This document shows, piece by piece, positions 1 through 9,439 of a DNA stretch of 64,000 bases. The DNA is taken from positions 2,096-66,095 of the forward strand of contig CAZOGI010000008.1 of the NCBI GenBank assembly GCA_964579435.1. Reading direction: 5' to 3'. Every line of letters starts with the position of its first letter. Within the stretch, counting starts at the first letter, position 1. The translations under genes were made by a program, and so were the position numbers. The stretch comes from an uncultured Planctomycetales bacterium. GTDB taxonomy: Bacteria; Omnitrophota; Gorgyraeia; Gygaellales; Profunditerraquicolaceae. The notes beneath the pieces are model-generated. The model saw only the letters and a list, made by a program, of their open reading frames with translations, ran no database searches and was not told the origin of the DNA.

Positions 1-1
1 G

Positions 2-793
2 GTATCGGAGCCTTTTTCCCTCTACGCCAGGACGTTCCCGAACGTGGGAGCGTACGCCCTGACGGTCGTAAAGAACGTCTATGCGCTCGTCTTCTATATC
101 ATTCCCCAGCTCATCTGCGGGATTAATTTCCACGGGCCGACGCTGCCGGCGGTTATCCTCTCGGGGCTGACCGGCTTCGGCGCACTCATCTCCTGGCGGA
201 AATCCCGCCAGCCCGCAGAGCGCTATTGCCTCGTGTATACGGTAACGCTCCTGCTGTGGACGGCTACGGCAAGCAGGGGAGAACGCTACTTCTTCGCGCT
301 GCTGCCGTTTGCGCTCTTGTATTTCCTGCGGGGCAGCGGATTGCTGCTGGAATCCATCATCAGGAAAACCGCCGCTCGACAGAGCGTCGCGGCGCTCTTG
401 GCCGTTGCCCTTTTGATTTCCAATACCTTGGGTATCATGCGCCTGCGCCGGGAGCAGGAGGCGCGCGACGCACAAGCCGCTTCGCTAGTCGCCGCGGCCG
501 GATGGATCAAGGCAAACACCCCCCCGACGGCACTGATGATCAGCCTCGATCCGGCCGCGCTCTTTCTACTTACCGACCGTCTCAGCCGGCGCGATATCCT
601 GAAACCGTCGGGGAAGCCGGCAAAGGCTTTCCGCACCCTCAGCGACGGCTATCTTGTTGATTCGCCGCTCTTCGGGCCGTTTTTCCCCTTGAGGGAACTG
701 GCCAAAGAAGAACCTCACCGTTTTGTGCTACAATACAAACAGGGGGACGTTACGGTCTATCGTATCCGCAGGGCTTCTCGCGCCAAACACTAA
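2..793 (+). CDS. C-terminal fragment of an integral membrane protein (ORF open to window edge); possibly ArnT/PMT-like membrane glycosyltransferase
   Basis: Frame is open from position 2 through the annotated Met at 44. Several hydrophobic helices are followed by a soluble C-terminal domain. No diagnostic motif was seen, so the family is a guess. Confidence 0.35.
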   Translation, partial: VSEPFSLYARTFPNVGAYALTVVKNVYALVFYIIPQLICGINFHGPTLPAVILSGLTGFGALISWRKSRQPAERYCLVYTVTLLLWTATASRGERYFFALLPFALLYFLRGSGLLLESIIRKTAARQSVAALLAVALLISNTLGIMRLRREQEARDAQAASLVAAAGWIKANTPPTALMISLDPAALFLLTDRLSRRDILKPSGKPAKAFRTLSDGYLVDSPLFGPFFPLRELAKEEPHRFVLQYKQGDVTVYRIRRASRAKH

Positions 794-797
794 AACC

Positions 798-1970
798 ATG
801 TATACGCTCATTTGCTTTTCGGTCAACAATTGGGAGATGCGCATGGCGCGCAAACAGCAATTCATGCGCGCCCTCTCGCGGCACCCGAAAATCAACGCCG
901 TCCTCTACGTCGAACCGCCGTTCGGTTTCTTCTGGCTCTTTACCCGCCCCCGGGCGGAGCGCTGCCGGGAAGAGTTCATCCGCCGCGCACAGCGCGCGCT
1001 CTCGTTCAGGATCGAGTTGCTCGACGAAAGACTATCCCTCTTCACCCCGCTCTTCTTCATCCCGGGATCGTCCCGTTCCCAATGGATATACAACCTGAAT
1101 CTGCGGCTTGCCACGCTCATCCTGCGCCGGCGGCTAAAGCTCGCCCCGGAAGAAAAGATCATCCTGTGGCTCTACCATCCTTTCGATTATCCGCTCCTGG
1201 AGTATCTTCACCCACGCGCCCGCACCGTCTTCGACTGGGCGGAAGACTGGGCCGCGTATTTCACGGAATTGCCGCAGCGGCGCAGGCAGGAGGTGAGCCG
1301 CTGCGAAGAACGCATCATGCGATCCGTCGATACGGTTTTGCTCGTGCCCAATCCGCTTCTGCAGGAACGCGCCGTCTCGCTTAACCGCAGGACCTTTGTC
1401 GTCGCTGACGGGACCGACCCGGCAGTTTTCAATACCGGCCTTTCCGCGCCGCCGGAGCTGGACTCGATACCCGCGCCGCGCATCGGCTACTTCGGGACCG
1501 TTTCAAAACGTTTCGATACCCGGCTGCTGGAAACCCTGAGCCGGGAGATGCCGGACTGCTCTTTTCTCGTGGTCGGGACGATCCTGCGGGAATCCCGCGA
1601 AACCGGCCGGCTGAGGCAATGCACGAATATCCATTTCCTTCCCGCGCAACCCTACGCGCGGCTGGGCGGGTTTGCCGCCGCGTGCAAGGTACTCATCATG
1701 CCGTATCTGCCCGAGGAAACCCGCTCGCTGCCGACCAAGATATTCGACTACCTGGCCAGCGGCAAACCGATCGTCTCCACGGCGCTGCCGTCCCTGGAGC
1801 CGTACGCCGGGCTTATCCGGACCGCCTCGACGCCACAGGAATTTTCCGCGCAGGTCCGCGCCGCTTTAGCGCAGAACGATCCGGACCAGGAAACCGCGCG
1901 CAAGGCATGCGCGGCCCGCAACACCTGGCAGGAGCGGGCAGAGGAGATCATCAAGATACTCGAGCTGTAA
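798..1970 (+). CDS. Glycosyltransferase family 1 (GT4-like)
   Basis: C-terminal half carries the GT-B signature (GYFGTVSKRFD...LVVGT...E..LPTKIFDYLASGKPIVST). The start is ambiguous: the first ATG after the upstream stop is 798, and alternative ATGs lie at 837 and 843. Confidence 0.65.
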   Translation: MYTLICFSVNNWEMRMARKQQFMRALSRHPKINAVLYVEPPFGFFWLFTRPRAERCREEFIRRAQRALSFRIELLDERLSLFTPLFFIPGSSRSQWIYNLNLRLATLILRRRLKLAPEEKIILWLYHPFDYPLLEYLHPRARTVFDWAEDWAAYFTELPQRRRQEVSRCEERIMRSVDTVLLVPNPLLQERAVSLNRRTFVVADGTDPAVFNTGLSAPPELDSIPAPRIGYFGTVSKRFDTRLLETLSREMPDCSFLVVGTILRESRETGRLRQCTNIHFLPAQPYARLGGFAAACKVLIMPYLPEETRSLPTKIFDYLASGKPIVSTALPSLEPYAGLIRTASTPQEFSAQVRAALAQNDPDQETARKACAARNTWQERAEEIIKILEL

Positions 1971-1972
1971 CT

Positions 1973-3115
1973 ATGCAGAAAAAACGGATACTGATCATCC
2001 CGCATTCAACCAACCCCCATGTGCGCACGCGGCTCGGGGAGATCGGCGCGATCCTGGCGCGAACGCACGAGGTATTCTTTCTGCGCTGGCACGAAACGCC
2101 GGGGGGCGGATTCGGCTCCCGCGCCTGGGCGGCAGCCAAAGACCTGCTCTGCGCTCCTTTCGTGCGAACGGATTCCCCGGGCACGGCGTTGAGCGTAGCG
2201 CTCCTGCACCGGCCCCTTGCCGCCCTCAGGAGATTCAACGCGCTGCAGCTGCGACGACTGATCATCGAGCGCCGCATCGACACCCTGATCAACGGCACGC
2301 ACTATTTCTTTTTCACCCCCCCGCAAACGAAAACACGCTACACCCATATCTTCGACGTCAACGATCTGCCTGCAGAGGAAGAAAGATCGCCCCTGGGCAG
2401 ATTCGCCGCGGCTCACGCTTGTCACGAGATCGCCAAAGCCTCCGTCGTCACCACTTGTTCGCGCAGCCTCACCAGGTACCTCCAGGAGCGCTACCGGCGC
2501 AGCGTTCGTTTTATCCCCAACGGGGCGCACCTGAACGAATTCGGCGCCGGCACGGAAGCGGCGGCGCAGGCCGTCCGCAAACGCTTCGGCCTTGAAGGCA
2601 AGACGGTCTTCGGATACGTCGGTAACGTCGCTGCCTGGATAGACTTCGAACTGCTGCTGGATGCCTTCAAAAAACTGTGTGCCGCGTCACCGGCCGCCCG
2701 CCTTCTCATCGTCGGGGACGGACCGGAACTTCCCCGCCTGAAACAAAAGCACGACGGCCCCGCGGTCGTCTTTACCGGCGGGGTAACGCCCTCCGCCATC
2801 GCCGCATACCTGCAGGCAATCGATGTCGGCGTGCTGCCGTGCAAAAAAACCCTCTTTCAGGAAATGGCCTTCCATACCAAGCTCATCGATTACACGGCGG
2901 CACGCAAATGCTGCGTCGCCACCGATCTGGCCGAGATCAGGGAACTGGGCTTTCCTTCGATCCTGACCGTCCGGGGCAGCGCCGAGGAGTGGGCCGGGGC
3001 AATGCAAAACGCGATCGCAAAGACATGGGACCCCGAATGGGAAACGCTCCTTCGGCCGTACGACTGGGAACAGATCGCTGCTTCCTTTAACCGGATCATC
3101 GACGATGGATCATAG
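1973..3115 (+). CDS. Glycosyltransferase family 1 (GT4-like)
   Basis: GT-B C-terminal motifs are present (GYVGNV...LLIVGDGPE...FTGGV...KLIDYTAARKCCVATD). The ATG at 1973 immediately follows the stop of the upstream GT1. Confidence 0.7.
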   Translation: MQKKRILIIPHSTNPHVRTRLGEIGAILARTHEVFFLRWHETPGGGFGSRAWAAAKDLLCAPFVRTDSPGTALSVALLHRPLAALRRFNALQLRRLIIERRIDTLINGTHYFFFTPPQTKTRYTHIFDVNDLPAEEERSPLGRFAAAHACHEIAKASVVTTCSRSLTRYLQERYRRSVRFIPNGAHLNEFGAGTEAAAQAVRKRFGLEGKTVFGYVGNVAAWIDFELLLDAFKKLCAASPAARLLIVGDGPELPRLKQKHDGPAVVFTGGVTPSAIAAYLQAIDVGVLPCKKTLFQEMAFHTKLIDYTAARKCCVATDLAEIRELGFPSILTVRGSAEEWAGAMQNAIAKTWDPEWETLLRPYDWEQIAASFNRIIDDGS

Positions 3116-4238
3116 ACTGCGCACCCTGCTGCCGATACCGCTTGTCCGCCTGGCCCGCTTCCTGCGACACTTTAGCTACCGTCTCTTTGACGCCGCCGGC
3201 TCGCTCGTCTTTCGCCTCTTTCCGAAAAAGCCGGCGCGCGGCGGCCCGGTGCGCGCGATCCTGCTCATCCGCATTGACCGCATCGGGGATCTGGTCCTGA
3301 CGACGCCGGCACTGCATGCCGTCCGCACCGCTTTTCCCGGCGCCCGGATCGACCTCTTGCTGTCGGCCTACACCAAAGATCTGCTTGCCGCCTCAACGGA
3401 CTTTGACCGTCTGCTGATCGAAGGCAGGGACCGCATCAAGGGAGAGTACGATCTGGCGATCGCCTTCCTTCCGGGCATCAGGGCGAATTTTCGGGCCTTT
3501 CAGAGCAGAGCGGGGATGCGCATCGGTTACCGGGGGGCCGGCGGCTCCTTTTTCCTGACCCATCCAGTCACGGATGACCGCGCAAGACGCCTGCGCCACG
3601 AGGTCGAATCCGCACTCGAGCTGGCGCGTCTGGCCGGATGCTCAGGCGACGATACGCGGCTGCGCGTGCCCCTCTGCGCCGAGGGAGAATCGTTTGCCGA
3701 GGACTTCCTGCGCGCGCACGGCCTTATCGGCAAAACCCCCCTCGTCGCGATCCACCCGGGCGCGCGGCAGCGCTCTATCCGCTGGAAGAGCGAACGCTTT
3801 GCCGCGGTCGCCAATCGGCTCGCGGAAGAGCGGGAGGCATCGATCATCATCATCGGATCGGCACACGAAGAGGCATTAACCAAAGAGGTCGCCTCGCTCC
3901 TGCGCCGCCCGCCGGTGCTCGCGCTGGGGCTGCGCCTCGATGCGCTCGCCAGCCTCCTGAAGCGCTGCGATCTGTTTATCGGCAACTCGACCGGACCGAT
4001 GCATATCGCCGCTGCCTGCGGCGTGCCGGTGGTCGCCGTATTCGGCGCCCGCCATCCGCTCGACAGCGCGGCAGCATGGGGCCCCTGGAGGACGCGCGCG
4101 CGCATCGTCTCGGCTCAAATGCATTGCCCGCGCTGCCACCCGGGCGACTGCCGGCGCTACGACTGCATGGCCGCCGTAACGGCTGAAGCGGTATTCTTTG
4201 CAGCCGGGGCCCTGCTCGCCGAAACACGGACACCTTGA
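3105..4238 (+). CDS. Glycosyltransferase family 9 (heptosyltransferase-like, RfaF/WaaC fold)
   Basis: N-terminal ILLIRIDRIGDLVLTTPAL and C-terminal IGNSTGPMHIAAACGVPVVAVFG motifs are typical of GT9. Overlaps the upstream stop by 11 nt. Confidence 0.7.
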   Translation: MDHRLRTLLPIPLVRLARFLRHFSYRLFDAAGSLVFRLFPKKPARGGPVRAILLIRIDRIGDLVLTTPALHAVRTAFPGARIDLLLSAYTKDLLAASTDFDRLLIEGRDRIKGEYDLAIAFLPGIRANFRAFQSRAGMRIGYRGAGGSFFLTHPVTDDRARRLRHEVESALELARLAGCSGDDTRLRVPLCAEGESFAEDFLRAHGLIGKTPLVAIHPGARQRSIRWKSERFAAVANRLAEEREASIIIIGSAHEEALTKEVASLLRRPPVLALGLRLDALASLLKRCDLFIGNSTGPMHIAAACGVPVVAVFGARHPLDSAAAWGPWRTRARIVSAQMHCPRCHPGDCRRYDCMAAVTAEAVFFAAGALLAETRTP

Positions 4239-5281
4239 CCATGGATTACCGCTCGATACTGGTTATCAATTTGGGGGGGATCGGGGACGTGCTCCTCTCG
4301 ACGCCGGCCCTGCGCGCCCTCCACGAACGCTTCCCCCGGGCGCGCCTCGATCTGCTGGTCGTGCCGCGCTGCAGGGAACTGCTCAGCGGCCTCACCTACC
4401 TCAACGGCATCTACACCCTCGAGCGCTCGAACCCCGCGCGGCTCCTCGGCAACATCCTGACCCTGCGCGCGCTGCGCCAGCGGCGCTACGACCTTGGCCT
4501 GAACATGCGCACGCTCGTCACCAACAGAGGCGCACGATTCATCAAACTACTCCTGTCCGCGATCAGGCCATCCCTGACTGCCGGGAGAAACACCTGCGGA
4601 CGCGGGGTCTTCTTCAACATTTCGATCCCCGAAGAGCTGCCGGGAGAGCGCTTCGAAGCGGATTACGATCAGTCCCTCGTCGAATCCCTCGGGGCCGCGA
4701 TACGGGACCGCTCCCTTGATCTGACCATCGCCGCGCAACAGCACGCCAGGGCAGAAAAGATCATCCGTGCTTCGGCTCACCCCGAACGCATGAACATTGC
4801 CGTGCATCCGGGAGGCAAGCCGTCGCACCGCTGGCCGTTGGAACGTTTCGCGCTGCTCATGCGGCGCCTGGCGGAGCGTTTTGACGCGCGATTCTTTCTG
4901 ACCGGGGACCGCAATGAAAAAAAACTCTGCGCCGCTCTGGCGAGACGCTCGGCGGTACAGGCAACGGACCTTTCGGGCGCGCTTTCGCTCAAAGAGCTGG
5001 CGGCGCTGCTGCTGCGATGCCGGCTGCTCATTACCAACGACACCGGCACGATGCATTTGGCCGCTGCCCAATCCGTGCCCCTGGTCGCGATTTTCGGGCC
5101 CGGCTATCTCAAGCGCTACGACCCGCGCGTCCTTTCAGCGCAGAGTCGCGTCGTCTTTACCGAAACACCATGCGCCCCCTGCGACCGTACGGTCTGCGCA
5201 GACGCACGATGTCTGGGCGGGATCAGCGTAGAACAGGTCCTGAACGAAACACTGCGGGCCTTGGGGGAACCGCCACGATGA
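4235..5281 (+). CDS. Glycosyltransferase family 9 (heptosyltransferase-like)
   Basis: ILVINLGGIGDVLLSTPALRAL and ITNDTGTMHLAAAQSVPLVAIFGP motifs. ATGA overlap with the upstream gene. Confidence 0.7.
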   Translation: MTMDYRSILVINLGGIGDVLLSTPALRALHERFPRARLDLLVVPRCRELLSGLTYLNGIYTLERSNPARLLGNILTLRALRQRRYDLGLNMRTLVTNRGARFIKLLLSAIRPSLTAGRNTCGRGVFFNISIPEELPGERFEADYDQSLVESLGAAIRDRSLDLTIAAQQHARAEKIIRASAHPERMNIAVHPGGKPSHRWPLERFALLMRRLAERFDARFFLTGDRNEKKLCAALARRSAVQATDLSGALSLKELAALLLRCRLLITNDTGTMHLAAAQSVPLVAIFGPGYLKRYDPRVLSAQSRVVFTETPCAPCDRTVCADARCLGGISVEQVLNETLRALGEPPR

Positions 5282-5952
5282 GCGTGCTCAAAACCGCCTA
5301 TTACCGCCTGCGCACCAGATTCGCGCCCGACGAAGGCAGGGGAGAACCTTCCAGCGGCGCCTGGCAGGAAGCGGTGCGCGAAAAGGCGGCGTCGCTGACA
5401 ACACCGCTGCAGCCTGCAAGGCTCCTGGAAATCGGCTGCGGGGAAGGGCTCTTTCTGAAACGATTCCTCGGCAGATCGGCTGCGCCGGCCCTGACTGCCG
5501 GCATCGACCGCTCATGCGAGCAATTGAACCGGGCCGCCGGGCGCCTGCAGGCTCAAACACGGGGCACCTCAGCCCTCCTGAGGGCTGACGCGCTCAAACT
5601 GCCGTTCGCCGATTCTTCCTTCGACACGGTCGTCTGCCTGAATGTGCTCATGAACCTCCCGGCGCAAGAAAAAGCGGCGGCACTCATCGCCGAAGCTGCG
5701 CGCGTGCTGCGACCCGGAGGCAGGTTCCTCTTCGATATCCGCAACCGCCGCAACCTCCTCATCCGGATCAAATACCGCCTGGCCCCTTATTACGACGGAA
5801 CGATCGACCGGGCGCACCTGCGCGCCTACGACCAAAACGAGATCAAGAGCGCCCTTCGGGGGGCGGGACTGACGCTGGCGCGGCTGCACCCCCTTGGCTT
5901 TCCCGCAACTGCCGCGGCGCCGATACTGCTTTTTGAGACGGAGAAAAAATGA
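5278..5952 (+). CDS. Class I SAM-dependent methyltransferase
   Basis: Motif I LLEIGCGEGLF, an acidic loop, and motif post-II FDTVVCLNVLMNL...LRPGGRFLF. The ATG at 5278 overlaps the upstream stop (ATGA). Confidence 0.7.
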   Translation: MSVLKTAYYRLRTRFAPDEGRGEPSSGAWQEAVREKAASLTTPLQPARLLEIGCGEGLFLKRFLGRSAAPALTAGIDRSCEQLNRAAGRLQAQTRGTSALLRADALKLPFADSSFDTVVCLNVLMNLPAQEKAAALIAEAARVLRPGGRFLFDIRNRRNLLIRIKYRLAPYYDGTIDRAHLRAYDQNEIKSALRGAGLTLARLHPLGFPATAAAPILLFETEKK

Positions 5953-7133
5953 GCTTCGGCCCCTACCGCATACCGGTCGTCGGATATCCGTTTTGCGCGC
6001 GCGAGCTTTTTTTGATCCCCAAACCCCGGGCGCGGGAACGATTCGCCGCGTCCCTGAAGGCGTACCTGGGGATGGCATCCGCGCTCCTTCTCGACTCAGG
6101 GACCGCGGGGCTTCTGATCCTCTTAATGGCCCTGCGCAGGCTTTCGGCGAAAACCGAGGTCATCCTTCCGACCTATACCGCCGCCGGCGTCCTCTTTGCC
6201 GTGCGCAGCGCCGGACTCCAGCCGGTGCTCTGCGACTGTTCGCTCACCGATTTCAACCTGGACCCGGCAGACCTGCCGCGCCGGGTTAACGCCAACACCC
6301 TGGCGATCGTCGTCGCGCACATGTTCGGCATACCGATGGAGGAGACCCCAACGCTTAAGGCGCGCTTCCCCGAGACCTTCCTCATCGAAGACTGCTGCCA
6401 GGCGCTCGGCAGCAGGATCAAAACAGCTCCCGTCGGCTCTTTCTCCGATGCGGCGGTCTTAAGCTTTAATCGGGGCAAAAACATGCCGCTGGGCTGCGGC
6501 GGATGCGTCCTCGCCCGCGCGCAGGAAGTGGCCAAAGCACTGCAAGAAACCTACCGCAGGCAAGTCGGTGCCTGCACCATACCCATGCGACTGGCATCGC
6601 AAGCCCGGCTCCTGGCGCTCGCCGCGCTCATGCAGCCCCGGCTCTACGCACTCTGCAGCCCTGCCCTCGCCGGAATGCGCGAACGCATGCCTTCCCCGCA
6701 CATACAGCCGCACAGCCTGCCGCCGTTCCTGGCGGAAGCCGGAGACCGGATGATCGCTCGGCTCGACGAACTAAGCGCTGTTCGCAACCGCACCGGAAGC
6801 CGCCTGCTTGAGGCAGCCCGGCGCAATCCGCACTGCGACATCCCGCAGATACCCGCGACGAGCTTTACGGCGTTCAACCGCGTGCCGCTGCTGGTACGGG
6901 ACACGCGGATCCGGGAGACACTACAGGAGAAGCTGTCCGCAAAAGGGATCGAGACCTCGCCCATGTACGGGGCTACCCTCGACCGGCAATTCGGCCTCGC
7001 CTGCGCAGAAGGCGATCTGGAGAACGCCCATTCTTTCTGCGCACAGCTCCTGACCCTGCCGGCGCATCCGCTGCTCAGCCCCCGGATGGCCGATGAGATA
7101 TGCGCGGTCCTGGAAAGAGGAGACCGGGGATGA
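5949..7133 (+). CDS. DegT/DnrJ/EryC1/StrS-family PLP-dependent aminotransferase
   Basis: Family-typical layout: small-domain residues, IEDCCQALGS (equivalent to DAAHALG), and SFSDAAVLSFNRGKNMP carrying the PLP lysine. Confidence 0.7.
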   Translation: MSFGPYRIPVVGYPFCARELFLIPKPRARERFAASLKAYLGMASALLLDSGTAGLLILLMALRRLSAKTEVILPTYTAAGVLFAVRSAGLQPVLCDCSLTDFNLDPADLPRRVNANTLAIVVAHMFGIPMEETPTLKARFPETFLIEDCCQALGSRIKTAPVGSFSDAAVLSFNRGKNMPLGCGGCVLARAQEVAKALQETYRRQVGACTIPMRLASQARLLALAALMQPRLYALCSPALAGMRERMPSPHIQPHSLPPFLAEAGDRMIARLDELSAVRNRTGSRLLEAARRNPHCDIPQIPATSFTAFNRVPLLVRDTRIRETLQEKLSAKGIETSPMYGATLDRQFGLACAEGDLENAHSFCAQLLTLPAHPLLSPRMADEICAVLERGDRG

Positions 7134-8281
7134 TCCCGCTGCGCAACCTCAACCGTTTTCTGGGAAAAGCCCTGCGGCAACCGCGGTATGCCCTGCGTGT
7201 CCTGCGTAAACGCCTGCACGCGCAGCTGCTCTACCGCCGCACGGACGCACGCGCCGCAGCTCCCGAAGCGATCACCCTGTTTTTAACGCATCGCTGCAAC
7301 CTCCACTGCCGCATGTGCGGACAGTGGGGAGAATCCGGCGTCACCAAAAAAACCCATCCCGAACGGATTACCGAGGAAGCCGATGGCGCGCTCCTGGAAC
7401 AGCTGATCGATTCGGTTTCCCCCTTCGGCCCGTCGATCACGCTCTTCGGGGGGGAACCGCTCCTGTACCAGAACGTCCTCGGGCTTATCCGGCACATCAA
7501 AGAGAAGAAACTGCACTGCGTCCTGATCACCAACGGCTCGCTCCTGGAGAGGACGGCAGCCGGCCTGCTGGAGGCCGGGCTCGACGAACTCAATGTCTCG
7601 CTGGACGCCTACGGGACGCTGCACGACGAGATCCGCGGGATGAACGGGCTCTTCGAGCGCATCGCCCAAGGGCTCAAGGAAATCTCCCGTCTCAAGAAAG
7701 AGCGGAAAAGCGCCAAACCCCTGGTCAACCTCCAATGCACGATCACGCGCTACAACCTCGAAGCGCTCGAGGGGCTGCTGCGCGCGGCAGAGGAGACGCA
7801 TGCCGACTCCCTGACCTTCCATCACCAGATATTCCTCGACCGCGAGGCGCTGCGGCAACAGCGCCGGACCGATGAGCAGATCGGCGGCGATTCCGGCGAC
7901 TGGGAAGGGTTTGTCTGCGATCCCAAGATAGATCCCCAACGCCTCATGCAACGCATACACGCCATCCGCGCCCGGCGCACCTCATTCAGCGTCGACTTTT
8001 ACCCGAACTTCGGCGCGCGGCAGATGCAGCGCTACTACGCCCCGGCGTCTTACCGCCCGGCGCAACACTGCCGCTGCCTGAGCCCCTGGCTCGTCGCCTA
8101 CGTTTTTCCCGACGGCTCGGTGCGGCCTTGCCTCAACAGCACGTATTCATTCGGATCGCTCAAGGATAAGCCGTTTCTGTCCGTATGGAATTCACCCGCG
8201 GCGCTTGCCTACCGGCGCGCGCTCCGGGAGCGCGGGATCTTTCCGGCCTGCGTGCGCTGTACCGAACTCTACCGATACTGA
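7130..8281 (+). CDS. Radical SAM protein with C-terminal SPASM/twitch-type Cys-rich domain
   Basis: CxxxCxxC cluster motif THRCNLHCRMCGQWG, a SAM-binding GGEPLL motif, and C-terminal cysteines (CRCLSPW...RPCLNS...PACVRCTELY). The ATG overlaps the upstream stop (ATGA). Confidence 0.75.
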   Translation: MIPLRNLNRFLGKALRQPRYALRVLRKRLHAQLLYRRTDARAAAPEAITLFLTHRCNLHCRMCGQWGESGVTKKTHPERITEEADGALLEQLIDSVSPFGPSITLFGGEPLLYQNVLGLIRHIKEKKLHCVLITNGSLLERTAAGLLEAGLDELNVSLDAYGTLHDEIRGMNGLFERIAQGLKEISRLKKERKSAKPLVNLQCTITRYNLEALEGLLRAAEETHADSLTFHHQIFLDREALRQQRRTDEQIGGDSGDWEGFVCDPKIDPQRLMQRIHAIRARRTSFSVDFYPNFGARQMQRYYAPASYRPAQHCRCLSPWLVAYVFPDGSVRPCLNSTYSFGSLKDKPFLSVWNSPAALAYRRALRERGIFPACVRCTELYRY

Positions 8282-8284
8282 CCT

Positions 8285-9439
8285 ATGGGACGCATACGCA
8301 TCGCCCAGATCATCACGCGCATGGACTGGGGAGGATCCCCGGACATCGTACGCATCCTCTGCGAAAACCTCCTGCCGCAGGAATTCGAACTGACCCTGGT
8401 CATGGGCATGACCCGTAACCCGAGTGAGCGGACAAAGCGGTTCCTCGACTCTTTTGCCGGCGCCAGCGTCACCATCCCGGAACTGGTGCGCGAAGTGTCC
8501 CCGCGCAACGACTATGTTGCCTGGCGGAAACTGCGACAACTCTTTTCTTCGGCACGCTTCGACCTCATCCATACGCATACCACCAAGGCCGGGGCACTGG
8601 GCAGGCATGCGGCGCTGAGCGCCGGCTGCAAGCAGCTGGTGCATACCCCGCACGGCCATGTCTTTTACGGTTATTTCCATCCGCTCTTCACCGTCCCGCT
8701 CGCCGCCCTGGAGCGCACGCTCTGCCGCCGTACCCGCGCCCTCGTCGCGGTGACGCAGCTGGAAAAAGAGGATTATCTGCGCCTGCGGATCGCTCCTGCA
8801 GAGCGCATCCGGGTCATTCGCCACGGGCTGCTTTTTGCCGAAACCCCGCCGCAGGCACATCTGCGCAGGCGCGTGCGCGCGGAACTGGGCGTGCCGGAAG
8901 AAGCGTTGCTGGTGAGCATGATCTCCCGGCTGGAGCCGGTCAAAGGCCCGCAGTATTTCATCGAAGCGGCGCGCCTCCTCGCCGGATCCCTGCCGGAAGC
9001 CTATTTCCTCGTTGCCGGAGAGGGGAGCCTGCGCAGGCGGCTCCAGGAGCGACTGCGGCGACAGAGCTGGGGCAAACGGGTCATCTTCACCGGCTGGAGG
9101 CAGGATACCGCTGCGCTTCTTTCGGCGAGCGATATCCTGGTATTGCCCTCGCTCAACGAAGCCGCCGGGCTCATCCTCATCGAAGCCCAGGCACAGGCAG
9201 TGCCGGTCATCGCCTCCGCGGTCGGGGGCGTGCCTGAAATGATCAAGGACGCACAAACCGGCTTTCTCGTCCCGCCGGCGCAACCGCAGCGTATCGCCGA
9301 AAAGGTCCGCGTCCTGGCGGCCGATCCCGCAGGACGCCGCGCGATGGCAGGGCGGGCGCGGGAATGGGCCCGCTCGGTTTTTTGCGCCGAAGAAATGGTC
9401 GCCAAACACCGGATGCTCTACCATGAACTCTGCCGGTAA
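8285..9439 (+). CDS. Glycosyltransferase family 1 (GT4-like)
   Basis: FLVAGEGSLR...FTGWRQD...LPSLNEAAGLILIEAQAQAVPVIASAVGGVPE is a classic E-x7-E GT4 motif. Confidence 0.75.
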   Translation: MGRIRIAQIITRMDWGGSPDIVRILCENLLPQEFELTLVMGMTRNPSERTKRFLDSFAGASVTIPELVREVSPRNDYVAWRKLRQLFSSARFDLIHTHTTKAGALGRHAALSAGCKQLVHTPHGHVFYGYFHPLFTVPLAALERTLCRRTRALVAVTQLEKEDYLRLRIAPAERIRVIRHGLLFAETPPQAHLRRRVRAELGVPEEALLVSMISRLEPVKGPQYFIEAARLLAGSLPEAYFLVAGEGSLRRRLQERLRRQSWGKRVIFTGWRQDTAALLSASDILVLPSLNEAAGLILIEAQAQAVPVIASAVGGVPEMIKDAQTGFLVPPAQPQRIAEKVRVLAADPAGRRAMAGRAREWARSVFCAEEMVAKHRMLYHELCR

